Origin: Rhodothermales bacterium
GTDB taxonomy: Bacteria; Bacteroidota; Rhodothermia; Rhodothermales; BA12
NCBI GenBank assembly: GCA_963726715.1
Contig: CAVSDF010000008.1
Location: forward strand, 326,982 to 390,981
DNA: 64,000 bases
Direction of reading: 5' to 3'
The notes beneath the pieces were generated by a model that ran no database searches, was not told the DNA's origin, and saw only the letters and a list, made by a program, of their open reading frames with translations. Shown here piece after piece: positions 47,701 through 56,300 of this stretch. The first letter of the stretch is position 1; the number at the start of each line of letters is the position of its first letter. Made by a program: the position numbers and the translations under genes.

Positions 47701-48361
47701 TGCCCGCGCCGAGCGCGCCGACGTGCGACGCCGCCTCGACAGCCTCGGCGCCGTCAACGCCCTCGCGCTCGACGAATTCGAGGCCGAGTCCGCCCGCCTC
47801 GACACCATCCGCGCCCAGCTCGCCGACCTCGAGGCCGCCGAGGCAACGCTCGGGCAGACCATCGACGAACTCAACGCCGAGGCGTCGCGCCGCTTCCGCG
47901 AGACCTTCGGCGAGATCCAGGCGTCGTTCGCGCGCCTCTTCGCCGATCTCTTCGGCGAGGGCGCCAATGCAGAAGTGCGCCTCGCCGACCCCCGCGCGCC
48001 CCTCGAATCGAGCATCGAGATCACCGCGCGCCCCGCGGGCAAGCGTCCGGCCGCGATCACGCAGCTCTCCGGCGGCGAGAAGACGCTCACCGCCATCGCG
48101 CTCCTCTTCGCCATCTACCTCGTCAAGCCCAGCCCCTTCTGCCTCCTCGACGAGGTCGACGCGCCGCTCGACGAGGCCAACGTCGACCGGTTCATGGCCC
48201 TCCTGCGGCGCTTCGCGGGCGAGACGCAGTTCCTCGTCATCACCCACAACAAGCGCACGATGGAGCTCGCCGACCGCCTCTACGGCGTCACGATGCAGGA
48301 GGCGGGCGTGAGCACCGTGGTGAGCGTCGACTTCGAGGGGGCAGCGGGGATGGTGGGGTGA
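44724..48361 (+). CDS. smc: chromosome partition protein Smc (two frame breaks, at 46443-46446 and ~47697-47712)
   Basis: GTG 44724. Walker A GPNGSGKSN. Long coiled coils. Hinge (...QATVHVLELV...VFVAPDG...GGS) in the frame of ORF 45328..48489. The C-terminal head (LGAVNALALDEF, QLSGGEKTLTAIALLFA, FCLLDEVDAPLDEAN, ITHNKRTM) is in the frame of ORF 47723..48361. Confidence 0.9.
46477..46596 (+). repeat. GACGACG-based low-complexity insertion in the smc hinge (includes 4 x GACGACG at 46480-46507)
   Basis: Reads GDDGRRTTDDGANDGASDDGRPTADDGRGDDRRPTTDDQP in the hinge frame. The 27-nt word GACGACGGACGACGGACGACGGACGAC recurs with one change at 45990-46016. Confidence 0.8.
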
Positions 48362-48613
48362 TGGACGTGTCTACCGAAACTCGCGCACTGTCCCGTGCAT
48401 CTCGACGAGCCAGCATACCTCATCGGCGATGGCGAGTTGGTCCGCATCGTCGGGCGGCCCACTCGTCATCCTCGCGAAGGGCCGCGTGATCGGCGCCCGC
48501 ACGACGATGTGCATCCCACGCATGGCCGAGTCCCCGCAGGCAGAGAAACGAAGGCATGCCTTGTCGGGGCGCGAACCATCGCGCCCAATCGCCCTGGCAG
48601 GCGTCCTGCCCGA

Positions 48614-49510
48614 TCACCGGATCGTGTAGGAGATGCCGATGAGCGGAATCGGGATCTTGACCAGGCGCACGGTGCTGCCGTCGTACGCGAAGAGCGGCAG
48701 CGCGACATCGGCGGCGAGGCGGTCGCTGAAGAACCGAACCCCGGCCGAGGTGATGCCGATGGGGTCGTTCTCGTCGCCGAGCGGGATCGCAAACGCGTTC
48801 TCGGTCATCACCTTGATCGAGTTCGACACCTGCTTCTCGCCGCCGACGACGAGCCCGACGCCCTCGCCGATCGTGAAGTCGTCGTTGCCGCTGCCGCCAT
48901 AGACGCCGTAGGCGCCCACGGTGAAGGCCTGCGTCGCGTCGCCGAACGTGCCGACGCCGTAGAACGTCCCGCCGAAGCCGCCCGAGAATTCGCTTCCGTA
49001 GATCGTGCTCACCTGAACCCCGACGGCGAGGGCCATGGTGCTCGTCTGCACGGGCGCGAACTTGGCCGTCGCCGAGACGATGCCGTTGCCGTCGATCGGA
49101 ATCGACGCCGTCGCCGAGATGTCGAGGTTGCCGGTGACGCCGTAGGCGACGTTCGGGATGAAGAAGTAGGCGGTCGAGAGGCGGAGGCTGCTCTTCGGCA
49201 TCGTGCGCGCCGTCGGAGTCACGAAGAGGCGCGTGCCGACCGGGTCGACGCGCGCGAACCGCCCGGCGTCCTCAACGCGGACGATGCGCTCGCGCGGGAC
49301 CTCGGAGCGAACGCCGCCCCCCTCGATCACGACGGTCGCGTCGCGCACCTCGACGACGGTGCCGACGATCACGGTGCCGTCGCGCAGGACGAGGCGCTGC
49401 CGCGCGCCGACGGTCTGCGCCGTGGCGGCGGGGGCGAGGGCACCTGCGAGGGGCGCGGCGAGGAGAAGCGCGGGCAGGAGGCGGAGGGCGGTGGAAACGG
49501 TCGGGCGCAT
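48614..49510 (-). CDS. hypothetical outer-membrane/secreted beta-rich protein
   Basis: ATG 49510 in ORF 48614..49603. Signal peptide MRPTVSTALRLLPALLLAAPLAGALAPAATAQ. Gly/Thr/Val-rich alternating strands. Confidence 0.55.
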   Translation of the reverse strand: MRPTVSTALRLLPALLLAAPLAGALAPAATAQTVGARQRLVLRDGTVIVGTVVEVRDATVVIEGGGVRSEVPRERIVRVEDAGRFARVDPVGTRLFVTPTARTMPKSSLRLSTAYFFIPNVAYGVTGNLDISATASIPIDGNGIVSATAKFAPVQTSTMALAVGVQVSTIYGSEFSGGFGGTFYGVGTFGDATQAFTVGAYGVYGGSGNDDFTIGEGVGLVVGGEKQVSNSIKVMTENAFAIPLGDENDPIGITSAGVRFFSDRLAADVALPLFAYDGSTVRLVKIPIPLIGISYTIR

Positions 49511-49671
49511 GGGAGGCAGGAGCAGGTGCAGCGACGAAAGTACCGTCGTCCGCCCCGGCGGCTCTGCGCCCGGTTGCGCCACGCGGGCGCCCGGGCGCGT
49601 CATTCAGCGGCGCGGTGACGCGCCGGTGCCCGCGGGACGCGCCGCCCGCGCCCGTGGCCGTCCTCCCTGCC

Positions 49672-50970
49672 TCACGCAGGCATCCGCAGCCAGCGCCAGA
49701 GGTCGGCGAGCGACGGCTTCTTGCCGTACGAGAGGATGCCGACGCGGTAGATGCGCGCGCTCACCCAGATCGCCCCGACGAACGTCGCCACGAGGAGCGC
49801 GAGCGAGAGCGCGACCTGCCAGAGGGGCACATCCGTCACCGCCACACGCGCGGTCATCAGAACCGGCGACAGGAACGGCGTCATCGAGAGGGCGACCGAC
49901 ACCGGCGAGTCGGGCGAGGCGAGCACGAACTGCATCGCCACGAACGAGCCGATGATCGGCAGCATGAGGGGCAGAACGAGGCTCTGCGCTTCCTGCTGCT
50001 GCTCGACGGCGCTGCCGATGGCCGCGAAGAGGCTCGCGTAGAGCAGGTAGCCGCTGATGAAGAAGAGGACGAAGGTGACGATGGCGCCCGCCGAGAGCGT
50101 CGGCAGGACCATGCCGGGGGGAAGCGCGCCCGCTCCGCCCGCCGCTGCCGCTCCGGCGCCGCCATCGCCCATCACGAGCGCGAAGATCGACCCACCGAAG
50201 GCCGAGAGCACGCCGCCGATGGTGAGCCAGAGCGCGACCTGCACGAGGCCGATCGCGCCGATGCCGAGCACCTTGCCCATGAGCAGCACGAACGGCCGCA
50301 CCGACGAGGCCATCACCTCCAGCACGCGGCTCTGCTTCTCCTCCAGCACGCCCATCATCACCATCTGCCCCGAAATCAGCATCATCATGTAGATGAGGAT
50401 GCCCATGCCGAAGCCGATGGCGTACGAGCCGAGGGCGTTGTCGGCCTCGGTGCCGGTCTCGGAGAGGCGCTCGGCGGCGAGCCGCGGCGTGCGGTCGAGC
50501 GCGCGGGCCACCTCGGGCGCAAGCGTCGACGCGTCGATGCGGAGGGCGCGGACGGCGGCGTCGAGGCGGTCGGAGACGGACGAGCGGAGCGTCAGGTCGT
50601 TGCCGACGCTGAAATACGCGGCGGCGCTCGCCGAGTCGAGGACGGTCGGCGGAATCACGAGGAGCGCGTCGTACGTCTCGTCGCGCACGGCCTGTTGCAG
50701 CGCCGCGACATCGTCGGCGGGCGGGGCGACGACGAACGTTGCGCCGTCGCCCGGCATCGCCGCGAGGCGCGCGCCGAGACCCGCGCCGCTCTCGTCGCGC
50801 ACGGCAACCGTCGACGGGCCGCCCTTCGTCGCTGCGATGCCGATCGCCGCGATGCCGCCGATGAACCCGGCGAAGAGCAGCGGCAGGAGCAGCGTGCCGA
50901 GGATGAACCACTTCGAGCGCGCGCGGCGCATGAACTCGCTGCGGGCGACGATCCAGATGCGATGCCACAT
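49672..50970 (-). CDS. ABC-2-type transporter permease (NatB-like)
   Basis: ATG 50970 (MWHRIWIVARSEFMRRARSKWFILGTLLLP...). An N-terminal TM, a large extracytoplasmic loop, then five TMs. Downstream of the ABC ATPase. Confidence 0.8.
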   Translation of the reverse strand: MWHRIWIVARSEFMRRARSKWFILGTLLLPLLFAGFIGGIAAIGIAATKGGPSTVAVRDESGAGLGARLAAMPGDGATFVVAPPADDVAALQQAVRDETYDALLVIPPTVLDSASAAAYFSVGNDLTLRSSVSDRLDAAVRALRIDASTLAPEVARALDRTPRLAAERLSETGTEADNALGSYAIGFGMGILIYMMMLISGQMVMMGVLEEKQSRVLEVMASSVRPFVLLMGKVLGIGAIGLVQVALWLTIGGVLSAFGGSIFALVMGDGGAGAAAAGGAGALPPGMVLPTLSAGAIVTFVLFFISGYLLYASLFAAIGSAVEQQQEAQSLVLPLMLPIIGSFVAMQFVLASPDSPVSVALSMTPFLSPVLMTARVAVTDVPLWQVALSLALLVATFVGAIWVSARIYRVGILSYGKKPSLADLWRWLRMPA

Positions 50971-51004
50971 GGTCAGGAAGGGGGAAGACGGGGAGGGAAG
51001 GGGT

Positions 51005-51070
51005 GTCGTTTGGTTGGTCGTGGTTGTGGACGAATCCTCGATCAACGATCAACAACCAACCATCAACGAC
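51005..51070. repeat. intercistronic imperfect hairpin with a G/T-rich arm and an A/C-rich arm
   Basis: GTCGTTTGGTTGGTCGTGG... (51005-) pairs with ...CAACAACCAACCATCAACGAC (-51070): 6 bp, a 2-nt bulge, then 8 bp and more. It lies between the ATPase stop (51063) and the permease start (50970). Confidence 0.7.
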
Positions 51071-52086
51071 CAGCGCCAGAGGCGGCCTCGCCGACGGTGC
51101 GGACGAAGATCTCCTGCAGCGATGGCTCGGCGAGTTCGAAGCGGTAGAGGTCCGTCACTTCGGCGAGCGCGGCATCGAGGACGCGGCGCGATGGCGTACC
51201 GCCGATGAGTTGCACCTCCGCCGCCGCCGGGCCGCGCTCGATGACGCGGATCGCGCCTTCGCGCTTCGAGCGTGTCGAGAAAGGCCGACGTGCCGCCGAA
51301 GTCGAGGAGCACCACGTCGCGCCCGAACCGCTGCTTCACCTCGCGCATCGTGCCGCTGAGCACGACGCGCCCGCGTGCGATCAGGCACAGGTCGTCGCAC
51401 AGCCGCTCGACCTGCTCCATCCGGTGGCTGGCGAAGAGGATCGTGCGGCCGTCGGCGCGCAGTTCGAGGACGATGTCGCGCAGCAGCTCGGCGTTGATCG
51501 GGTCGAGGCCGGAGAACGGTTCGTCGAAGACGAGGAGGTCGGGCTCGTGGAGGACCGTCATCACGAACTGCAATTTCTGCTGCATCCCCTTCGACAGCTC
51601 CTCCGTCTTGCGCCCGGCCCACTCGCTCAGGCCCAGGCGTTCGAGCCAGTGGGCGGTGCGGGCGCGGCCCTCGGCGCGCGCGAGCCCGCGGAGTTCGGCG
51701 AAGTAGACGAGCTGCTCGCCGACCTTGAGCTTGCGGTAGAGGCCACGTTCCTCGGGCAGATACCCCATCCGCGCCTGCGTCTCCGCCCCGACCTGCACCC
51801 CGCCGACGGTCACGCGCCCGGCGTCGGGGAGCGTGATGCCGGTGATCATGCGGATCGTCGACGTCTTGCCTGCGCCGTTCGGGCCGAGCACGCCGAGAAT
51901 CCGCCCCGGCCGCGCCGTCATCGACACCGCGTCAACGGCGGTGAAGTCGCCGTAGCGCTTCGTCACGCCGTCCACGACGAGCGTGGCGTCTCGGCGCTGG
52001 GACGGCGGCCCGGCGGGTGTCGATGCGGCGGACGTTGATGCAGCGAGGAGGGCGTCCGCAGAACGGACAGGGAAGGCGTCGGTCAC
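51063..52086 (-). CDS. ABC transporter ATP-binding protein (frame broken near 51249-51270)
   Basis: GTG 52086. Walker A GPNGAGKTS, signature LSKGMQQK, Walker B LLVFDEPFSGLD. The C-terminal domain continues in another frame (EGAIRVIERGPAAAEVQLIGG...LYRFELAEPSLQEIFVRTVGEAASGAGR*, stop 51063). Confidence 0.85.
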
Positions 52087-52237
52087 GAGCGGTCGAGAAG
52101 ATCAGGCGACAGGATACGCCGACTCGTGACGGCGGCGGCGCGGCTTGGTTGCGCATCGCGACGCGCGAGGACGGAGTAACTTGGGAGGCCTGTCGGTTCG
52201 GAGGCGCCGTTTCCCGTCCCTCGTTTCCGCCGTTCCG

Positions 52238-53821
52238 ATGCGCGTCTGCGCCATTCTTGCCGGGGGCGCCTGTGCCGCCGCTCTGACGCTCCTGTCGCAC
52301 GCGGCGTCGGCGCAGTCGCCGGGCGCCTCCAAGGGTGGCGTGCGGGCGGCCTCGCCTCGGCTGTCGGTGGAGGCGTTTCGCGCCGACGTGGCGCTGCTGC
52401 GGCGCGCCTACGAGACCTTGCACCCCGGCCTCTACCGCTACGCCACGCCCGACGAGGTCGCGCGGCGCTTCGACACTCTCGCTCACGCCATTGACGCGAC
52501 CGAGTCGCGCGCCGACGCCTTCGTCGCCCTGGCGCGGTTTCTCGCCACGGTGCGGTGCGGGCACACGTACCCCAACTTCGTCAACCAGCCGGACTCCATC
52601 GCTCAGGCGCTCTACGCGCGCACACCGCGCCTGCCTGTTTACTTCCGCTGGATCGACGGGCGGATGGTGATTACACGGTCGTTCGCCGCCCCGGGATCGC
52701 CTGCCGCGGACGTGCTCCAGCGCGGCGCTGAGATCGCCGCCGTCGATGGCGTGCCGTCGGACACGCTGCTCGCACGCCTCCTGCCCCTCGCACGCGCCGA
52801 CGGCGGCAACGATGCCAAGCGCGTCGCCTCGCTCGCCGTGCAGGGACAGGGCCGGTTCGAGGCATTCGACGTCTACTGGCCGCTCGTCTTTGCGCCGCCG
52901 ACGGACTCGGTCACGCTCGACGTGCGCCCGCCGGGCCTGCCCGCCGGTGCACCCGCGGTTCGCCTGCGCGTCGCCTCGGCCACGCACGCGCAGCGGACTG
53001 CCACGCGCGAGGCGGACCGCGCGGCGTCGAATGCCTCGGCGGCGGACACATCGGCAGGCACGTCCGACGACAGCGGACCGTGGACGCTGCGCACGCTCGG
53101 CGACTCGACTGCCCTCCTGACGATGCCCACGTGGGCCGTTTACAACGACGCCTGGGACTGGCAGGGCTTCCTCCACCGCGCCTTCGACGCGCTCGCGACC
53201 ACGGGCACGCCCCGCCTCGTTATCGACCTGCGCGGCAATGAAGGCGGGTCGAGCGTCGGCGATGTCCTCCTGAGTCGGCTTGCGGCGCGCGGTCTGGCGC
53301 TGCCGCAGTTCACGCGCCACACGCGTGTCCGCCGCGTGCCCGCCGACCTCGTCCCGCACCTCGACACGTGGGACCGCTCCTTCGACGACTGGGGCGAGGC
53401 GGCGCAAGACACGGGCGACGGCTACTTCCGCATGACGCGCTTCGACGATCCCGTCGGCGGTGACGTGATCCGCCCCCGAGGGCCGCGGTTCGAGGGGCGT
53501 GTGGCCGTACTTGTCGACGCGACCAACAGCTCGGCCACCTTCGAATTCGCCCAGCAGGTGCAGGCCACAGGCCTCGCGACGCTCGTCGGGGAGCCGACCG
53601 GCGGCAACCAGCGCGGCATCAACGGCGGCGCGTTCTACTTCCTGCGCCTTCCGAATTCGGGCTTCGAGGCCGACCTGCCGCTCATCGGCTTCTTCCCTCC
53701 CGCGCCGCGCTCCGACGCCGGCATCACGCCCGACGTGCTCGCCCGAGACACCGCCGCGTCCATCGCCGCCGGTGCCGATCCGGTGCTCGACGCGGCCCTG
53801 TCGTCGCTGAAACGCCGCTGA
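52238..53821 (+). CDS. S41-family peptidase, secreted
   Basis: ATG 52238 in ORF 52145..53821. Signal peptide. LVIDLRGNEGGS and VAVLVDATNSSATFEFA are typical of the S41 catalytic region. Confidence 0.7.
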   Translation: MRVCAILAGGACAAALTLLSHAASAQSPGASKGGVRAASPRLSVEAFRADVALLRRAYETLHPGLYRYATPDEVARRFDTLAHAIDATESRADAFVALARFLATVRCGHTYPNFVNQPDSIAQALYARTPRLPVYFRWIDGRMVITRSFAAPGSPAADVLQRGAEIAAVDGVPSDTLLARLLPLARADGGNDAKRVASLAVQGQGRFEAFDVYWPLVFAPPTDSVTLDVRPPGLPAGAPAVRLRVASATHAQRTATREADRAASNASAADTSAGTSDDSGPWTLRTLGDSTALLTMPTWAVYNDAWDWQGFLHRAFDALATTGTPRLVIDLRGNEGGSSVGDVLLSRLAARGLALPQFTRHTRVRRVPADLVPHLDTWDRSFDDWGEAAQDTGDGYFRMTRFDDPVGGDVIRPRGPRFEGRVAVLVDATNSSATFEFAQQVQATGLATLVGEPTGGNQRGINGGAFYFLRLPNSGFEADLPLIGFFPPAPRSDAGITPDVLARDTAASIAAGADPVLDAALSSLKRR

Positions 53822-53843
53822 ACGGGCGCTGCCTACCGCGCGC

Positions 53844-54473
53844 TCAGCGGTAGAAGCGCACCTGGTCGAGCGTGAAGTCGATCTCTCCGGTGAGGATCGG
53901 GAAGACGGCGACGTGGGTGAGCTGGTCGCCGGTCCACGGGACGGCGGCGCCGAAGGACTCCTGCTTGAAGTCGGAGAACGGGATCTTGAACTCCGTCCAT
54001 CCCGATCCTACCTGGACGTACGCATTGTAGAAGTTGAAGTCCGTCACGAGTGCCGAGCCGATCTGCACGATGTACGTTCCCGGCGTGCCCTTGACGGCGA
54101 GCGCGAGGCCGGTGAAGCCGCGCGCGTCGGCGGTGACGTCGGCGCGGTTGGGGTCGGCGAGGCGGGGCGAGAGGGCGAGCGACGTGCGCACGCCGACGAC
54201 CTCGCTCGTCGTCGCCGATTCGCTGCGGAAGCCGCTCACCGAAAGGCCGTAGGGCGTGCCCGCATAGCCGCCCGGCTCGGGCGCAATCGTCACGCCGTCG
54301 CCGCCCGAGCTGCCGACGGCCTCCCACGGGTTGCCGATGGCGGCGGTCGTGTTGGCATCGTCGAACGTGTCGACGACGCCGCTTGCGAGCGGGGCGCTGC
54401 GCTGCTCGTCGGTGCAGCCGGGCGCGGCGAGCGCGGCGGCGAGGAGAAGAACGGGCGTCAGGCGACGGAGCAT
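53844..54473 (-). CDS. lipoprotein with CIA30-like (carbohydrate-binding-like) domain
   Basis: ATG 54473. MLRRLTPVLLLAAALAAPGC lipobox. ...FTGLALAVKGTPGTYIVQI...GWTEFKIPFSDFK... resembles CIA30-family beta-sandwiches. Confidence 0.5.
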   Translation of the reverse strand: MLRRLTPVLLLAAALAAPGCTDEQRSAPLASGVVDTFDDANTTAAIGNPWEAVGSSGGDGVTIAPEPGGYAGTPYGLSVSGFRSESATTSEVVGVRTSLALSPRLADPNRADVTADARGFTGLALAVKGTPGTYIVQIGSALVTDFNFYNAYVQVGSGWTEFKIPFSDFKQESFGAAVPWTGDQLTHVAVFPILTGEIDFTLDQVRFYR

Positions 54474-54544
54474 CGGGGCGGGCGGAAAGGCCGTCAAGGT
54501 ACGGGCCGCGACGGATCTCGCCCCTCTGGAATCCGCGCGACGCG

Positions 54545-54835
54545 TCACAAGACCTTCGACTCGTTGCCGGAGATCGGGATCAGGTAGCAGCGTTCGAGCA
54601 CGTCCTCGTGGACGCCGCACTCGCCGGTGCCGCGGAAATCGACGGCCACGAAGGCCCCTTCGATGCGCTTGACTTCGCCGACGCCGTAGAATTTGGGCAT
54701 CGGGCCGTAGTAGACGAGCTGTCCTTCGGCAAGTTCGACCGTGCTCATCATCGCGCGGCGGTGGTAGGGAGGGATCGAGGGAAGCAAATCGAGGCGGAAA
54801 AGAGCCGTCCCATTCTCACGCAGCAGCGTGCTCAT
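54545..54835 (-). CDS. hypothetical protein (96 aa)
   Basis: ATG 54835 in ORF 54545..54880 (alternative ATG at MMSTVELAEG). Balanced composition (LVYYGPMPKFYGVGEVKRIEGAFVAVDFRGTGECGVHEDVLERCYLIPI). No family recognised. Confidence 0.5.
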   Translation of the reverse strand: MSTLLRENGTALFRLDLLPSIPPYHRRAMMSTVELAEGQLVYYGPMPKFYGVGEVKRIEGAFVAVDFRGTGECGVHEDVLERCYLIPISGNESKVL

Positions 54836-54999
54836 CGGCGGTGGGGTCCAGAATAGCGGAAAGGCACGCCGCGCGCTCACGTGAGCGTCGCCGCGCAGGA
54901 GCCGGACGAATAATCCGCGCCGGTGCCTGCGTGGGGCGTGATGCGCGTCTCAACGATGCCCTTTCGAGACGGGTTCTGAGGATTCCGCGAAGCCGGACA

Positions 55000-55068
55000 G
55001 ACCGATCGGTCTGCAATCGCCAGGGAGACCGATCGGTCGGATGCCTGGATCTGCCGAACCGGTCGGTC
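55000..55068. repeat. array of three GACCGATCGGTC palindromes in a divergent intergenic region
   Basis: Perfect copies at 55000-55011 and 55027-55038, and a degenerate GAACCGGTCGGTC at 55056-55068. Confidence 0.9.
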
Positions 55069-55193
55069 CGCGCAGGCCCCGGTTTCGATGGCTTCGGTGC
55101 TGCATCCGCACGCCGTGTTCGCGCGCGCCGGGCACCGCCGCCGCGGCGCGTGCGTTGGCGCGGCCCGTGCCGCCCGCCTCCCGTCTCCTCCCG

Positions 55194-55502
55194 ATGCGCT
55201 ACAACGAAACGATGTTCAACCGCCAGCTCGGCCGCAACGCCCAGCTGTTCGCCCGCGAGATCGGGGCCATGGACACGCCCGAGGCGCGGCACCCGTACCT
55301 GCGCGAACTCCTCGCGGTCATCGAGGAGGCGCGGCCCGAGTGGGCGGAGGCCGAGCACAAGGCGGCGCTCTACACCCACCTCGTGCGTGAGCTTTGCGGT
55401 GCCGTCGTCGGCGACGAGGAGATCGACGCCGCCGTCCGCGCCCGCGACGCCGAAGCCGCCCTCGCCGCCGCCGACTTCTCCGCCGATGGCGGGGAGAGGT
55501 AG
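55194..55502 (+). CDS. hypothetical protein (102 aa)
   Basis: ATG 55194 in ORF 55041..55502 (MRYNETMFNRQLGRNAQLFAREIGAMDTPEARHPYLRELL...). No family recognised. Confidence 0.45.
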   Translation: MRYNETMFNRQLGRNAQLFAREIGAMDTPEARHPYLRELLAVIEEARPEWAEAEHKAALYTHLVRELCGAVVGDEEIDAAVRARDAEAALAAADFSADGGER

Positions 55503-55608
55503 TGGTGGGTGGTTTGTAGGTGGTGGTTTCCGCGTGTCTGGCCGCACGACCAACCATCATCGACCCACGACAAACCACAGCGAGGCGAAGCCGAGCGAAC
55601 GACCCTCC
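55501..55608 (+). repeat. ~108-nt strand-asymmetric repeat element, copy 1 (downstream of ruvC)
   Basis: Fills the gap between the convergent stops at 55502 and 55609. Homologous to the reverse complement of 56187-56300. Confidence 0.85.
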
Positions 55609-56178
55609 TCACCCGTTCCCTTTGAGGCGCTCCGGGTGGGCGCGGAGGAAGGCGTCCCAGTCCGACGCGCGGCCTTTCGAGCGGGGGGCGGCGGCGGGTT
55701 TGGCGCCGCCGTGGCGCCGGAAGCCCGCGTGGCAGAGCGCGACGGCGAGCGCGTCGGCGGCGTCGGCGGAGGTCGTCGGGAGGTCGCCGAGGAGGGCGGC
55801 GACCATCGCGGCGACGCGCGGCTTGGCAGCGGCGCCGTTGCCGGTGACGGCCTTCTTGACCTCGGCGGGGGTGTACTGCGTCACCGGCACGCCCTTCTGC
55901 AGCATCGCCAGCATCGCCGCCGCCTGCGCGCGCCCGAGCTTGAGCAGCGACTGCGGGTCGTGGCCGAAGATCGGCATCTCGACCGCGCCCTCGTCCGGAT
56001 GGTGGGCATCGACGAGCGCCGTGATGGCCTCGTGGATCTGCACGAGCCGCGCGCCGTGGTCGTCCGACGCGTTCAGGTGGATCGCCCCGCAGGCGACGAG
56101 CCGCTCCTTCGGCCCGTCGACCGCGATCACGCCGTAGCCGGTGTGGTTGGAGCCGGGGTCGATGCCGAGGATGATCAT
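55609..56178 (-). CDS. ruvC: crossover junction endodeoxyribonuclease RuvC
   Basis: ATG 56178. MIILGIDPGSNHTGYGVI (catalytic Asp), ...AVEMPIFGHDPQSLLKLGRAQAAA..., ...DAADALAVALCH. Downstream of yebC, as in many bacteria. Confidence 0.9.
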   Translation of the reverse strand: MIILGIDPGSNHTGYGVIAVDGPKERLVACGAIHLNASDDHGARLVQIHEAITALVDAHHPDEGAVEMPIFGHDPQSLLKLGRAQAAAMLAMLQKGVPVTQYTPAEVKKAVTGNGAAAKPRVAAMVAALLGDLPTTSADAADALAVALCHAGFRRHGGAKPAAAPRSKGRASDWDAFLRAHPERLKGNG

Positions 56179-56186
56179 TGCTGGGA

Positions 56187-56300
56187 GAGAGTCGTCCGCT
56201 CGGCTTCGCCTCGCTGTGGTTGGTTGTGGGTCGTTGAGGATCCGTTGCGACCCAATCGGTGAGGCACGGGGAAACGACCAACTACAAACCACCAACGACT
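56187..56300 (-). repeat. ~114-nt strand-asymmetric repeat element, copy 2 (yebC-ruvC spacer, inverted relative to copy 1)
   Basis: The reverse complement of 56265-56300 matches 55501-55536 at 31 of 36 positions. The reverse complement of 56187-56219 matches 55575-55607 at 31 of 33. Confidence 0.85.

Noticed and set aside
55000-55068. Possible CRISPR array (regularly spaced palindromic repeats).
   Set aside because: There are only three 12-13-nt repeats with 15-17-nt spacers, far shorter than CRISPR repeats and spacers. No cas genes are present in the window.
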